DNA of 64,000 nucleotides from Negativicutes bacterium (GCA_963665275.2 CAXXIN010000005.1:64001-128000); one strand, 5' to 3'; positions 27,591 to 38,506 are shown, counted from the first letter of the stretch. Notes: generated by a model from the sequence alone, not told the origin. Numbers and translations: made by a program.

Positions 27591-28826
27591 ATGTATTCTA
27601 TGGGCAACGCCACCAGAAATACTATTGCGATGGTGCTGGCGGGCGGAAAAGGAGAACGGCTGGGTCAGATAACCATGAATCGTCCCAAACCCTGCGTCGA
27701 TTTTGGCGGTAAATACAAGATCATTGATTTTGTGCTCAGCAACCTTTTCAACTCCGGCATCAAAAAAGTGTATGTATTGACTCAATACCGAGCATACCCG
27801 TTGAATAAACACATCAAGGAATTCTGGTCCCGTTTGGTTGGGATGGGAGAGTTTTTTGACACGATCTCACCGGAAACGAACAGTGAGTCAGAGGAATGGT
27901 TCAAAGGAACCGCGGACGCGATTTACCAGTTCATGCGGTTCGTGGAATCTACCGATGCGGATTATATCGCTATTTTTGGCGGCGATCACATTTACAAAAT
28001 GGATATTAGCCAGATGATCGGCTATCACATCATGAATCATGCAGATATTACGGTAGCGGCCTTGGAAGTTTCAGTGTCGGACGCTTCCCGGTTCGGTATC
28101 TTCGCCGTCGATGAAGATTTTCGCGTGAGTTCCTTTGAGGAAAAACCGGTCAAGCCAAAATGCATCCCCGAGCGGGATACATGCTTCGCATCGATGGGTA
28201 ACTATATTTTTTCCACCCGCAAACTCATCGAAGTATTGAAAGAGGGAAAAAAGAAACACGACGATCTGGACTTCGGCAAGCATGTCATTCCGATGATGCT
28301 TGCCAAAGGAGACCGTGTGTTCACGTATAACTTCATGGACAATATGATTCCCGGGATGAAGCCGGAAGAACGCGGGTATTGGAAAGATGTCGGCACGATT
28401 GATTCTTATTACGATGCTAACATGGACTTGGTCAATGTGGCGCCGCAGCTGAATCTTTACAATTACCGATGGCCGATCCTGACCAATCAGGGGAATCTGC
28501 CGCCAGCCAAAACCGTATTTGATGAGGACGGCAGGCGGGGTGAAAACATCAGCTCCTATGTCTGCGGCGGCTGCATTACCAGCGGCAGTACCGTGAGACG
28601 TTCCATCATCGGCCCGCGTGGCAAGATCAACAGCTACAGCCTTATTGAGGATTCGATCCTATTCACCAACGTGGAAATCGGTCGTCATGTGAAGATTCGG
28701 CGGGCGATCATCGACGAAGACATGCGTATTCCCGAGGGAACGGAGATTGGCTATGATCACGATGCTGACCGTGCCCGCGGTTATATGGTTACCGACTCTG
28801 GCATCGTAATCGTGACGAAACGATAA
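27591..28826 (+). CDS. glgC: glucose-1-phosphate adenylyltransferase
   Basis: VLAGGKGERL, GTADAI, GDHIYKMD, FEEKP, SMGNY, DFGKHVIP, YWKDVGT. Confidence 0.96.
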   Translation: MYSMGNATRNTIAMVLAGGKGERLGQITMNRPKPCVDFGGKYKIIDFVLSNLFNSGIKKVYVLTQYRAYPLNKHIKEFWSRLVGMGEFFDTISPETNSESEEWFKGTADAIYQFMRFVESTDADYIAIFGGDHIYKMDISQMIGYHIMNHADITVAALEVSVSDASRFGIFAVDEDFRVSSFEEKPVKPKCIPERDTCFASMGNYIFSTRKLIEVLKEGKKKHDDLDFGKHVIPMMLAKGDRVFTYNFMDNMIPGMKPEERGYWKDVGTIDSYYDANMDLVNVAPQLNLYNYRWPILTNQGNLPPAKTVFDEDGRRGENISSYVCGGCITSGSTVRRSIIGPRGKINSYSLIEDSILFTNVEIGRHVKIRRAIIDEDMRIPEGTEIGYDHDADRARGYMVTDSGIVIVTKR

Positions 28827-29020
28827 TCCGTACAATACGACTGCGAAGATTTCGAGCCAAGTAGTTTTCCATCCGTAATGCGAAAAATGTGCTCATCTGG
28901 CCGACGAAAATTCCAGCGTCTGCAAAGACCTGGAAATAGCGTTCGGCCAGTTTGTCATGAACCCCGCCCGATAATTATGTGGCAAAAATAATGGCGTTGA
29001 AAATGCCCTGGGGGATAGAT

Positions 29021-30268
29021 ATGTTGAATTTCCGACGCTTTTTCCGCGGGGCGGCAACAGCCGTGTTGCTTCTTTGTTTATGGACGGGATCATCTGCCGC
29101 GCTCTCCGCTGAGCCGGATCATATTGTTTTGACGTGGACGAAAGACCCCATGACGACGCAAACGATCACCTGGAGGACCGATGCCGAAGTGACATCCGGG
29201 GAGATTCGACTCTATGAAAGTTTGTCGGATAAGACAATTCCGTCGCCGGTCACAATCCTCGCGGCCCGGACGAACAGCCTGGAGACTTCTGCGGGAGTCA
29301 TGAACTTGCATTCTGTGACTGTGAACGGATTGACGCCAGGGCGGCGTTACCGATATCAGGTTGGCGGAGCGGATACCTGGAGTCCCGAGTACAGTTTTCA
29401 GACGGCGCCGTTGAAAGACGGTGGATTCAAATTTTTGATTTTTGGCGATTCGCAAAGTCTCGACTATGGCGTCTGGCGGACCACGCTGCAACAGGCTTAT
29501 CGGGCGAATCCGGATGCTGTTTTTTTTACCAACGTAGGGGATTTGGTCGATGTGGGACAGGATTACGCGGAATGGGAAGCTTGGTTCGCCGGGGTGGAAG
29601 GGGTGGCCGAAAGCCTTCCGACTATGCCGCTTACCGGGAATCATGAGTCGTATACACCGGAAAGAGTATTCTCCCGGCCGGTGTTTTTCACGGCGCAATT
29701 TGCGTTGCCTGACAATGGTCCGGATGGACTGAAGGGGCAGGTTTACTCTTTCGATTATGGTGACGTTCATTTTGTTATGCTTGACAGCCAGGAGGGGGAA
29801 CAACGAAGTTTTGTTCCAGACTTGATCGAAGCACAGCGGGTGTGGTTGGCGGCCGACCTGGCTGCGACGCAGAAAAAATGGCGGATCGCTTTCATCCATC
29901 GTCCTCTTTATGGGAACAAACCTGAGGGCGTGAATGAACGTCTTCGGCAGAGTTTTGCGCCGCTTTTCGATCAGTATCATGTGGATGTGGTGTTCACCGC
30001 CCATGATCACGTCGTTGCCCGCACCGCACCGTTGTTTGACGGTGAAGAGATGGCAGCGCCGGCAAGGGGTACGATCTATGCGGCGACAGGCCGCAGCGGC
30101 ACCAAAACCTACACGAATGTATCCGCTAAAGAGTGGAACGTGTTTTTTCATAACCCGGTAGAAGAGCCGAACTATCTGGTGGTTATGGTAAACGCCGATC
30201 AACTTCGGGTCAAAGCCGTCACGCAGAGCGGAAACCTGATCGACGAATGGTCGGTGGATCGACCGTGA
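29021..30268 (+). CDS. secreted purple-acid-phosphatase-like metallophosphoesterase with Fn3-like N-domain
   Basis: Signal peptide; FGDSQ, GDLVD, GNHE, HRP, AHDH. Confidence 0.9.
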   Translation: MLNFRRFFRGAATAVLLLCLWTGSSAALSAEPDHIVLTWTKDPMTTQTITWRTDAEVTSGEIRLYESLSDKTIPSPVTILAARTNSLETSAGVMNLHSVTVNGLTPGRRYRYQVGGADTWSPEYSFQTAPLKDGGFKFLIFGDSQSLDYGVWRTTLQQAYRANPDAVFFTNVGDLVDVGQDYAEWEAWFAGVEGVAESLPTMPLTGNHESYTPERVFSRPVFFTAQFALPDNGPDGLKGQVYSFDYGDVHFVMLDSQEGEQRSFVPDLIEAQRVWLAADLAATQKKWRIAFIHRPLYGNKPEGVNERLRQSFAPLFDQYHVDVVFTAHDHVVARTAPLFDGEEMAAPARGTIYAATGRSGTKTYTNVSAKEWNVFFHNPVEEPNYLVVMVNADQLRVKAVTQSGNLIDEWSVDRP

Positions 30269-31200
30269 TGTTTGTATATCTGGATATCGTTGAGAAGTTT
30301 ACATGTCGGCAATGCGGCGTCTGTTGCCGAAACAATTGGCTGGTGACGGTCGATGAAGCGGGTTACCGGAGGAACCGGGAACTTTTTCAGGCAGCGGGGC
30401 GCGAAGATGAGTTTCTGCAAGCCTTTGTTCCATTGCTAAGCGAAGCTGATTATGGCGAATATGCGCGGATTGCCAAACGGGCGGGCGGGGGCTGCTGGTT
30501 TTTGACGCCGGAGAATCTATGCCGTCTGCAGCAAATTGCCGGGCATGAGCACCTAGACACCGTATGCCAATGCTTTCCACGCTATCCGATGGATACTGAG
30601 CGGGGAATCGAACTTTCGCTAAGCTTCAGCTGCCCGGCGGCGGTGAAGCTGGCGTTGCGCGAGCAGCCTCTTCGGATCGTCCGGAGTGAAGACTCGCCGA
30701 TCCCCAGATTGCCGCTCGATTTCGTCAATCATGTTTACCCATGCCAACAGCCGGAGCATAGTGCGCTGCGTTACTATTTTGAAATTGAGCAGCATTTGAT
30801 CGACCTATTGCAGCAGCGGCAACTGACGATGGCAGAGCGACTGTCGATGACACGGCGATTTGTGACGGCGCTGGAGTGTCTCGCCGATCCGGAAAGGATG
30901 GGCAGAGAGATAAATTGTCTGGTGCAGTCCGATTATGAGCGGATCGATGAGATAACGCCAGTGGGAGGGGCAGATCGGAGTGGACCCGTACAATGGCTCA
31001 TCGAGAACTATTTTGTGAACTTCATTTTTCGTAAGAGCCTCTATAGCAATGGGTTTGCCAAGACACTGCAGCAACTTGGCCTGATGCAGGAACGATTGGG
31101 TGGGTTCCTGCGGGAGGGCGTCGCATGCGACGAGAATGACGTCGCTCAGGTGATCCTCCAGTTGGAATTGGAGTATAATCATAACAGCAGAAAAAAATAA
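30268..31200 (+). CDS. fliB: flagellin lysine-N-methylase (FliB) family Fe-S protein
   Basis: [14 protein letters not shown]...[21 protein letters not shown]. Confidence 0.75.
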   Translation: MFVYLDIVEKFTCRQCGVCCRNNWLVTVDEAGYRRNRELFQAAGREDEFLQAFVPLLSEADYGEYARIAKRAGGGCWFLTPENLCRLQQIAGHEHLDTVCQCFPRYPMDTERGIELSLSFSCPAAVKLALREQPLRIVRSEDSPIPRLPLDFVNHVYPCQQPEHSALRYYFEIEQHLIDLLQQRQLTMAERLSMTRRFVTALECLADPERMGREINCLVQSDYERIDEITPVGGADRSGPVQWLIENYFVNFIFRKSLYSNGFAKTLQQLGLMQERLGGFLREGVACDENDVAQVILQLELEYNHNSRKK

Positions 31201-31228
31201 CATTAAAGCATCGAGAGGGGAAGATATC

Positions 31229-32065
31229 ATGGATCAGGTTTTGTTGAACAAAGTCGCGGTGGTCACAGGAGGAGCTGGCGTTCTGGGCAGTGCTTTCTCC
31301 AAAGCGTTGGCGCAGGCGGGGGCCAAAGTAGCGATCATGAATCGATCTGCTGAAAAAGCCCAGGTGGTTGTGGAGGCAATTCAAGCCGCCGGTGGCGTTG
31401 CGATGGCGGTTCCTTGTGATGTGCTGGATAAAAGTGCAGTTGAACGCGCTGCGGAAATTGTCAAAGCAAAACTGGGGCCTTGCGATATTTTGATCAATGC
31501 GGCCGGCGGAAACCATCCTTCAGGTATTTCAGCCAAAGAGATTTTTCAGCCGGACATTGAAAATCCGTTGCAGGGAACTTTCTTTGATCTGAAAGTGGAA
31601 GGGTTTGAATCAGTATTTCAACTAAATTTCATGGGCACGTTCATTCCGACGCAGGTCTTTGCCTTGCAGATGCTCGGTCGTCCCGGAGCTACCGTCATCA
31701 ACCTCTCTTCGATGAGCGCCTATCATCCGCTGACCAAGGTCGCGGCTTACAGCGCGGCCAAGGCCGCTGTTAGCAACTTCACCGAGTGGCTGGCTGTTCA
31801 TCTGGCGGAGACGGGCATTCGCGTGAACGCGATCGCGCCTGGATTTTTCCTGACGGAACAGAATCGGACGCTGTTAACGAATCCGGATGGATCGTTAACG
31901 CCGCGGGCGCAAAAAATAATCACCCACACGCCGATGAAGCGATTCGGTGATCCGCGGGACCTGCTCGGCACGCTACTGTGGCTGGCGGACGAAAAAGCCT
32001 CCGGCTTTGTCACCGGCATCGTGGTTCCGGTAGATGGCGGTTTTAACGCTTACGCCGGAGTATAG
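31229..32065 (+). CDS. uxuB: SDR oxidoreductase, D-mannonate oxidoreductase (UxuB)-like
   Basis: [44 protein letters not shown]. Confidence 0.75.
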   Translation: MDQVLLNKVAVVTGGAGVLGSAFSKALAQAGAKVAIMNRSAEKAQVVVEAIQAAGGVAMAVPCDVLDKSAVERAAEIVKAKLGPCDILINAAGGNHPSGISAKEIFQPDIENPLQGTFFDLKVEGFESVFQLNFMGTFIPTQVFALQMLGRPGATVINLSSMSAYHPLTKVAAYSAAKAAVSNFTEWLAVHLAETGIRVNAIAPGFFLTEQNRTLLTNPDGSLTPRAQKIITHTPMKRFGDPRDLLGTLLWLADEKASGFVTGIVVPVDGGFNAYAGV

Positions 32066-32079
32066 GCGAACAGGTCGGC

Positions 32080-32697
32080 CTATTGCCAAAGCGATGCGAG
32101 GCTGATGAGGCCGAAGATGCAAATGGTGATGCCTGCTGCAACATTGACAAAAGACAGACTGCGATGGTCGAACCGGCTGCGGAAAATTCCGACAGCACCG
32201 CTGAGAAGGATCCACCAGAGCAGCGAGCCGCTGAAGACTCCGCCGACCATTATGGCTGCCAACCGGTAGTTTCCTGGCGTGTCGCCGACTCCGAATCCGG
32301 CGAAAATAGCTGTGAAGGAAAGTATGGTCAGCGGGTTGGTCAGGGTCAGAACAAAGGCTGAACCAAAGTCGCCGAAACGGTCTGTTGAGAATGATTCCGC
32401 CGGGCTGGAGGCAGGAAGCGACCGAAAGAGATTGCTTCCCATGTAGAGCAGGAAAATGCCGCCGCCCAGGCGGAGGTAAAAGCTGTACTCCAGTAAAAGG
32501 GATGAGACTGCGGTAATTCCGAATGCGGCGATCAATCCGTACAATGCGTCGGCCACTGCGGTCCCCAGACCGGAAGTGAAACCGGAAGCGATCCCGCCGG
32601 AAAGGGTGCGTTTGATACACAGCACGCCAATGGGACCGACCGGAGCTGCGATGGAAAATCCGAGCAAGAGTCCTTTTAAATAATAGGAAACCTCCAT
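32080..32697 (-). CDS. LysE family exporter
   Basis: IAAPVGPIG, LTLTNPLTI, six TM segments. Confidence 0.9.
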   Translation of the reverse strand: MEVSYYLKGLLLGFSIAAPVGPIGVLCIKRTLSGGIASGFTSGLGTAVADALYGLIAAFGITAVSSLLLEYSFYLRLGGGIFLLYMGSNLFRSLPASSPAESFSTDRFGDFGSAFVLTLTNPLTILSFTAIFAGFGVGDTPGNYRLAAIMVGGVFSGSLLWWILLSGAVGIFRSRFDHRSLSFVNVAAGITICIFGLISLASLWQ

Positions 32698-32700
32698 GAC

Positions 32701-33165
32701 TCAACCTTCTCCTACGGAGATGGGGAGAATGGAGGTTTCTTTAATTGTGGACAGGATAACGGTGGTGCGGGTTCTGGACACGCCGACGATGGATTTCAGG
32801 TCATGGCTGATGAGGCGTTCCAGATCGCGGGTGGTGCGGCAGCGAACCTTGAGGATGTAATCCTCATCCCCTGCGACATGATGGCATTCCAGAACCTCGG
32901 GGAACCCTTGGATGCTTGAAAGAAAATGTGCACGGGCGTCTGACGTAGACAAAGATACTGAAATCAGGGCGGCCATGCCGCATCCGGCGGCTTCCGGGTC
33001 GACGGCGGCAAAATATCCTTTGATCACGCCTTTTTCTTCCAACCGCCTGACTCTGTCAGCGGCGGCTGGGGCTGACAGTTTGAGCAGGGTTCCTAACTCG
33101 GACCAAGTGGCGCGGGCATTTGACATCAAATGGTGAATAAGTTTTGAATCAATTGAATTTAACAT
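32701..33165 (-). CDS. Lrp/AsnC family regulator
   Basis: N-terminal HTH (RVRRLEEKGVI), ECHHVAGDEDYILKV. Confidence 0.93.
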   Translation of the reverse strand: MLNSIDSKLIHHLMSNARATWSELGTLLKLSAPAAADRVRRLEEKGVIKGYFAAVDPEAAGCGMAALISVSLSTSDARAHFLSSIQGFPEVLECHHVAGDEDYILKVRCRTTRDLERLISHDLKSIVGVSRTRTTVILSTIKETSILPISVGEG

Positions 33166-33250
33166 TATTATAACCTCTTTAATAAGTTTTAATCATATTA
33201 TACAGAATATAAATAAGAATTTGCAATATGAGAGAAGAAAAAAACGAGGA

Positions 33251-33280
33251 GGAATATAGTTGACAATTCAACTATATTCC
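33251..33280. promoter_or_regulatory. 13-4-13 palindromic operator over a TTGACA -35 element, probable MarR site
   Basis: GGAATATAGTTGA-caat-TCAACTATATTCC directly upstream of the marR gene. Confidence 0.7.
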
Positions 33281-33329
33281 GGTTAAAATTCATATTGTGT
33301 AGAAGATGACGCAAAAAATAAGGAGACGC

Positions 33330-33782
33330 ATGAAGGAACTGGACAGTGAAATATTACGAGATATTGGTGCGGTGTCGCGTTCGATCCAGTCGATCAGCGA
33401 TATTTTGTTTCGCCGGTTGCAGCTGCAAAAAGGGCAATTTATCTTTCTTACCCGCATCTGTGAGCATGCGGGAATTAATCTGATCGAACTGTCGCATCTG
33501 CTCCGGGTTGATAAGACGACAACGACCAAGGCGGTGCAAAAACTGATCCAGGCCAATTATGTAAGGAAAGAGCGCGATGAGTCCGACCAGCGTGCCTGGC
33601 GATTGTTTCCAACTGAACAGGCAATGCAATGTTACGAGAAGGTCATTGCTACAGAAAATCAGTTTATTGCACAATGTTTTTCTGGTTTCAACCCGAAAGA
33701 AAAAGCTGTAGTGAGTGAACTGCTGGCAAGGATGCGGGACAGCATTGAAAGCGAATGGAAACGACAGAAACGAGTCCGGTGA
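33330..33782 (+). CDS. MarR family regulator
   Basis: wHTH VDKTTTTKAVQKL, DQR; RBS AGGAG. Confidence 0.92.
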   Translation: MKELDSEILRDIGAVSRSIQSISDILFRRLQLQKGQFIFLTRICEHAGINLIELSHLLRVDKTTTTKAVQKLIQANYVRKERDESDQRAWRLFPTEQAMQCYEKVIATENQFIAQCFSGFNPKEKAVVSELLARMRDSIESEWKRQKRVR

Positions 33783-33825
33783 ACACAAAGATCGAATCAG
33801 TGCAGCAGAGAAGGAGGAAGTTGAA

Positions 33826-34317
33826 GTGAGAGGGTTCGCAATTTGTGAATATGAGGCAAAATACAAAGACGGTTTGATTGCCATGATTCTGAGCATACAG
33901 CAGAACGAGTTCGGGATAAAGATTACGCGGAAGGATCAGCCGGACCTGGAGGAAATTTCGCGATATTACCAACAGGGAAACGGAAACTTTTGGGTTGCAG
34001 TGCATGAGGAAAGTGTCGTAGGGACGATTGGCCTGATCGATATCGGCAACCAGCAGGCGGCCCTCCGAAAAATGTTTGTAAAATCAGCTTTCAGAGGCCC
34101 TGAACATGGGGTGGCGCAAGCACTGTTGCAGGAATTGATGGGGTGGTCTGCTGCGCATGGAGTGCAAACGGTTTACCTTGGAACTACTGATAAATTCAAA
34201 GCGGCTCACCGCTTCTATGAAAAAAACGGATTTGTTCGTATAGAGAAAGAAGGATTGCCAACTGAATTTTCGGTGATGAAGGTCGACACGGTTTTTTATC
34301 GGGCAACGACTAATTGA
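33826..34317 (+). CDS. GNAT acetyltransferase
   Basis: LRKMFV..FRG, YLGT, AHRFYEKNGF; GTG after AAGGAGG. Confidence 0.9.
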   Translation: MRGFAICEYEAKYKDGLIAMILSIQQNEFGIKITRKDQPDLEEISRYYQQGNGNFWVAVHEESVVGTIGLIDIGNQQAALRKMFVKSAFRGPEHGVAQALLQELMGWSAAHGVQTVYLGTTDKFKAAHRFYEKNGFVRIEKEGLPTEFSVMKVDTVFYRATTN

Positions 34318-34328
34318 CTGGATATAGC

Positions 34329-34369
34329 AAAAGTCAGCATTCCTAAATTGGAACGCTGACTTTTGTTTT
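34329..34369. terminator. bidirectional terminator
   Basis: AAAAGTCAGC...GCTGACTTTT between convergent genes. Confidence 0.7.
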
Positions 34370-34396
34370 ACAGGACATTCAGAGATAGAAAATAGG

Positions 34397-35539
34397 CTAT
34401 GGTTTTCTTTTGTTATATCCCGCTTCTCCATAGGGTTGCAACTTCTCCAGCCATGTTTCCAACAATTCTGCAACTGCGGCAGGCCACTGTTCCGGCAAAT
34501 AATCTTCCGGCTTTAGCCGTGCGAGAACATCGAATGAGAAAACATCGGCCCCGTAACGGTTCCAGTCGGCCTGCAGTTCTGGGTTCCGATGCATGTTCCG
34601 TTTCAGTTCTAGCTGATGACGGTTGATGATGCCCGGAATGTCCAATGCTTTCAGCAGAAACAGCTTGCCGTTGGCGTTGTTCTTGATTTGAAACACTCCC
34701 ATTGGACGGGGTGTTTCTTTATATTCGCGAATAAGTTCTTTTTTTCGATCTAACATTTCATCTTCTCCTTGTGCAGATTCTTGGTCAACACCAGTTGCAG
34801 TTGATGATACGACTCTATATTCGCTGCCATCGTACCTGCGAGATAATAATCCATAATCGATCAACAGGCGGCGCAACAAGACATGATCCTCATAAATTGC
34901 GCTGAGAATCGAATTGACTTCTTTTTCACTGTAAACCCGGACTGACGAAAACCGGGTGGCGATTTGCTTTAGCACGATGAGCCTGCGTTTTTCCCGGGCA
35001 GGGAATGTAGATAGGGGACCGTCGGTTCCCTGGGGGAAGTAAGTCGCCAGGATTTTTTGGGCTTCCTTATTTGGGTCGCTTTCGGTGAGTTGCTTTTCCA
35101 GAGTTGTTTTCGGCTTATCCGGCGTTTCCATGAGTTCGCCGATCGCCAGGAAAATCTTTGCTTGCTTCACCCTTTCCCGCAGCAGGAATCGGTGATTGCG
35201 GATAGTGGAAACGCTGCCTGAATTAAGTTGGCGGGCAATTTCCTGATCGCCGATTCCTGAAGCGAATAAGGTGACCAAACGGGTTTGGAGCTCGGTAAGG
35301 CCGGTCCAGCGCTTGTCGAGCTGCAACAAAAAATGCAGTGGCGAACCGTGTTTCTGACGGATGTGGTTGCGCATGGCTGAATTCGCATCGAAGAACCCTT
35401 CTTCTATCGGATAGATGCGGCCGGACTCGGTCTGAAATCCGCAGCAGAGGCAGGTGAATCGGCCGGATTCTTGCATTTGCGAGTAGCCTTGTTTGAGTTC
35501 TGGCAAAGAAGCTCGCCAAAACATGTCGTTCGGTTGCAT
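34397..35539 (-). CDS. DUF2087-domain protein (Zn-finger-like, HTH) fused to a GIY-YIG-like domain
   Basis: CLCCG...H...H, STIRNHRF, FPAREKRR...YSEKEVN...LRRLLIDYG; C-terminal KKELIREYKE..MGVFQIKN..LQADWN. Confidence 0.72.
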   Translation of the reverse strand: MQPNDMFWRASLPELKQGYSQMQESGRFTCLCCGFQTESGRIYPIEEGFFDANSAMRNHIRQKHGSPLHFLLQLDKRWTGLTELQTRLVTLFASGIGDQEIARQLNSGSVSTIRNHRFLLRERVKQAKIFLAIGELMETPDKPKTTLEKQLTESDPNKEAQKILATYFPQGTDGPLSTFPAREKRRLIVLKQIATRFSSVRVYSEKEVNSILSAIYEDHVLLRRLLIDYGLLSRRYDGSEYRVVSSTATGVDQESAQGEDEMLDRKKELIREYKETPRPMGVFQIKNNANGKLFLLKALDIPGIINRHQLELKRNMHRNPELQADWNRYGADVFSFDVLARLKPEDYLPEQWPAAVAELLETWLEKLQPYGEAGYNKRKP

Positions 35540-35641
35540 GAATAAACCTCCTTGAGATGTGTTGCTGAATATAGATATAATAAAACATAATCTAGTTATA
35601 TGCAAGATTGTTTCAAATAAATCTAAAATTATTTCTTTTGC

Positions 35642-35670
35642 TTTACAAATCCCGGTATGGGGAATACAAT
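35642..35670 (+). promoter_or_regulatory. sigmaA promoter for the thiC leader
   Basis: TTTACA-N17-TACAAT just upstream of the riboswitch. Confidence 0.6.
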
Positions 35671-35692
35671 ACAGTTGAAGTGAATAATGCAG

Positions 35693-35775
35693 TGAGCTAG
35701 GGGGGCCGCAAGGCTGAGAGGACGAGTCCGACCCTTGGAACCTGACGTGGTTCGTACCACCGTAGGGAAGCGATG
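35693..35775 (+). ncRNA. TPP riboswitch (THI element)
   Basis: GGGG..GCTGAGA..ACCC..GAACCTGA..CGTAGGGAAG core upstream of thiC, followed by a U-tract at about 35808-35815. Confidence 0.93.
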
Positions 35776-35849
35776 AAGATCGGGAGCAAGCTTTTCTGCG
35801 CATGCTTCTTTTTTTATGCTTTGAATAAATAGAAAGTTGGGGATGAATT

Positions 35850-37151
35850 ATGAAGTATTCGACTCAAATGGATGCTGCCAAGCAAGGTATCGTAACACCG
35901 CAGATGCAAATCGTTGCTACAAAAGAAAAAATGGATCCACAGCGTTTGAGAGAACTCGTTGCCGGGGGTCAGGTCGTCATTCCAGCCAACAAAAATCATG
36001 CCAGGCTTGATCCAGAAGGGGTCGGGACTGGGCTGCGCACCAAAATCAATGTCAATCTCGGTGTATCCAAGGATTGTTGCGACCTTGACCTGGAACTGGC
36101 CAAAGCGCACAAGGCGATTGAGCTGAAAGCGGAAGCGATCATGGACTTGAGTTGCTTCGGCAAAACGCAGACTTTCCGGAAACGGTTGATTGACTCTTCG
36201 ACGGCAATGATTGGGACGGTTCCCATGTATGATGCAGTCGGCCTTTTGGATAAGGCGCTAAAAAGCATTACGGTTGACGAGTTTTTCAAAGTGGTGGAAA
36301 CGCACGCGGAAGATGGCGTAGACTTCATGACGATTCACTGCGGGATGAACAAGGCGACTGCAGAAAGAGTCAAACGTAACAAGCGACTGACCAATATCGT
36401 ATCCCGCGGGGGTTCGCTGTTGTTTGCCTGGATGGAAATGAATCATCAGGAAAATCCCTTTTATGAATACTTTGACCGCCTGCTCGACATCTGCGTGAAA
36501 TATGATGTGACGTTGAGCCTGGGAGACGCCTGTCGCCCCGGTTCCATCAATGACGCAACCGACGCGTCTCAAGTTGAAGAACTGATTACGCTGGGCGAGT
36601 TGACCAAACGAGCGTGGGAACGCAATGTTCAGGTTATGATCGAGGGACCTGGTCACATGGCGATCAATGAAATTGCCGGCAACATGATGATGCAGAAGCG
36701 GTTATGCCATGGCGCGCCGTTTTATGTTCTGGGGCCGCTCGTTACTGATGTGGCGCCGGGATATGATCATATCACCAGCGCGATCGGCGGCGCGATCGCT
36801 GCCGCCAACGGCGCTGATTTTCTCTGCTACGTGACGCCGGCCGAACATTTGCGGCTGCCGGACATGGATGACATGAAGGAAGGCATCATTGCCGCCCGGA
36901 TTGCCGCTCATGCAGCAGATATTGCCAAAGGATTGCCGGGAGCGCGGGATTGGGATAATGCCATGAGCGCTGCCAGGGCCGAAGTTGATTTTCCCCGGAT
37001 GATCGAATTGGCGATGGATCCGGAAAAAGCTCGGAAATATCGCTCTTCTTCCAAGCCGGAGCATGAAGACACCTGCACCATGTGCGGCAAGATGTGTCCG
37101 ATGAAGAATATGAAAAAAATCTTAAATGGGGAAGATGTGCAACTCGATTAA
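35850..37151 (+). CDS. thiC: phosphomethylpyrimidine synthase
   Basis: [36 protein letters not shown]; TPP riboswitch favours ThiC over Bza paralogues. Confidence 0.95.
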   Translation: MKYSTQMDAAKQGIVTPQMQIVATKEKMDPQRLRELVAGGQVVIPANKNHARLDPEGVGTGLRTKINVNLGVSKDCCDLDLELAKAHKAIELKAEAIMDLSCFGKTQTFRKRLIDSSTAMIGTVPMYDAVGLLDKALKSITVDEFFKVVETHAEDGVDFMTIHCGMNKATAERVKRNKRLTNIVSRGGSLLFAWMEMNHQENPFYEYFDRLLDICVKYDVTLSLGDACRPGSINDATDASQVEELITLGELTKRAWERNVQVMIEGPGHMAINEIAGNMMMQKRLCHGAPFYVLGPLVTDVAPGYDHITSAIGGAIAAANGADFLCYVTPAEHLRLPDMDDMKEGIIAARIAAHAADIAKGLPGARDWDNAMSAARAEVDFPRMIELAMDPEKARKYRSSSKPEHEDTCTMCGKMCPMKNMKKILNGEDVQLD

Positions 37152-37273
37152 TATTTATCGCGGAACAAATATATAAAACGATATGAAAAATGTAGTGCAC
37201 AGATTCCTCGTTTGGAATTTATGCACTATAATTTTATGGAACGGTATTATCTGTTAATAAAGGCGGCTAGAAC

Positions 37274-38506
37274 ATGGGACTTACAGCAGAAATGGTCTGG
37301 TCCGGCACTATCATGGCAGGTGTTCTTGCCATATTTACGCTGGGAAAAAGCCCGGTATTCCGTGTAGACAGAGCAGGCGCCGCTATCATTGGATCGGTGC
37401 TGATGATCGCATCCGGGGTGCTGAGTTTTGAAGAGGCCAGCGAGGCTGTTGACCACAGAACCATTGTCATCTTGTTTTCATTGATGGTGGTGGTGGCCAA
37501 TCTGAAGCTGGCCGGTTTCTTCGAACTGCTGGGTGATGTCGTGGCGCGCAACGTAAAAAACCAGCATCAGATGCTGGCGGCGACGATTGCGGTCAGTGGG
37601 GTGACCTCGGCAGTGGCGATTAACGACATTGTTTGTCTGTTGTTCACGCCGGTGGTTCTATTATTGTGTCGCAAGTTTCAGTGCAATCCGTTACCGCATT
37701 TGCTGGGAGTCGCCTTGGCTTCAAATATGGGAAGCGCAGCCACGCTTCTCGGCAATCCGCAAAACATCCTGGTTGGCGGGCTGTCAGGCCTTTCCTTCAC
37801 TGCTTATTTTTTGGCGGCAGGACCAGTGGCAATCGTAGGATTGGTTTGCACCTATGGATTATTGGCCCGCCTTTATCGGGAAGAACTGTCGGAGGGTTTG
37901 ATTCGCGGCGATGTTGATACAGTCGTAACTGTTCACACGTATTTGATGCGTAAAAGTCTCATTACGCTGATGTTCGTAATCGCATCCTATATAGCCGGTA
38001 TGGATCTGGTGCTGACTGCAGCTGGCGGCGCTGCTTTTCTGCTCGTCACACGGCGGGTCAAACCCAACAAGGTATACACCAGCATTGATTTTAACCTGTT
38101 AGTGGTATTCATCGGTTTGTTTGTTGTCGTAGCTGGCGTCGACAAAAGCGGGTTGATGGGCTATATTCTGCAGCGGCTGTCGTTTTCTGGCTTCACCAAC
38201 ATGGGCGTGTTTGCTGGAGTGACGGTTGTTGTGTCCAATCTCGTAAGCAATGTGCCGGCGGTTTTGCTGCTGAAATTCTTTATCCCACAGCAGCAGCCGG
38301 AATTTTGGTGGAAGGGCTTGGCGTTGTTCTCTACTCTTGCAGGAAACCTGACAATCACCGGCTCCATCGCCAATCTGATTGTGGCGGAAATCGCCCTTCA
38401 GCAAAAAGTGCGCATGACGGCCAGGCAATATTTTCGTGTTGGATTTCCCTTGACGGTGGGAATGACTATCGTGGGAGTGGTCTGGTTACAGATTGTGGCT
38501 CGTTGA
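37274..38506 (+). CDS. ArsB/NhaD/CitMHS-superfamily anion transporter
   Basis: RVDRAG, SNMGSAATLLGNPQN, SNLVSNVPAV, STLAGNLT. Confidence 0.87.
   Translation: MGLTAEMVWSGTIMAGVLAIFTLGKSPVFRVDRAGAAIIGSVLMIASGVLSFEEASEAVDHRTIVILFSLMVVVANLKLAGFFELLGDVVARNVKNQHQMLAATIAVSGVTSAVAINDIVCLLFTPVVLLLCRKFQCNPLPHLLGVALASNMGSAATLLGNPQNILVGGLSGLSFTAYFLAAGPVAIVGLVCTYGLLARLYREELSEGLIRGDVDTVVTVHTYLMRKSLITLMFVIASYIAGMDLVLTAAGGAAFLLVTRRVKPNKVYTSIDFNLLVVFIGLFVVVAGVDKSGLMGYILQRLSFSGFTNMGVFAGVTVVVSNLVSNVPAVLLLKFFIPQQQPEFWWKGLALFSTLAGNLTITGSIANLIVAEIALQQKVRMTARQYFRVGFPLTVGMTIVGVVWLQIVAR

Noticed and set aside
29090-30202. 370-aa minus-strand ORF (also 40971-41960 +, 9090-9875 -, 1454-2221 -)
   Set aside because: Each lies fully opposite a well-supported gene and has no domain signature
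35850-37151. BzaA/B/F (benzimidazole synthesis) instead of ThiC
   Set aside because: Preceded by a TPP riboswitch rather than a cobalamin riboswitch, and no cob/bza neighbours
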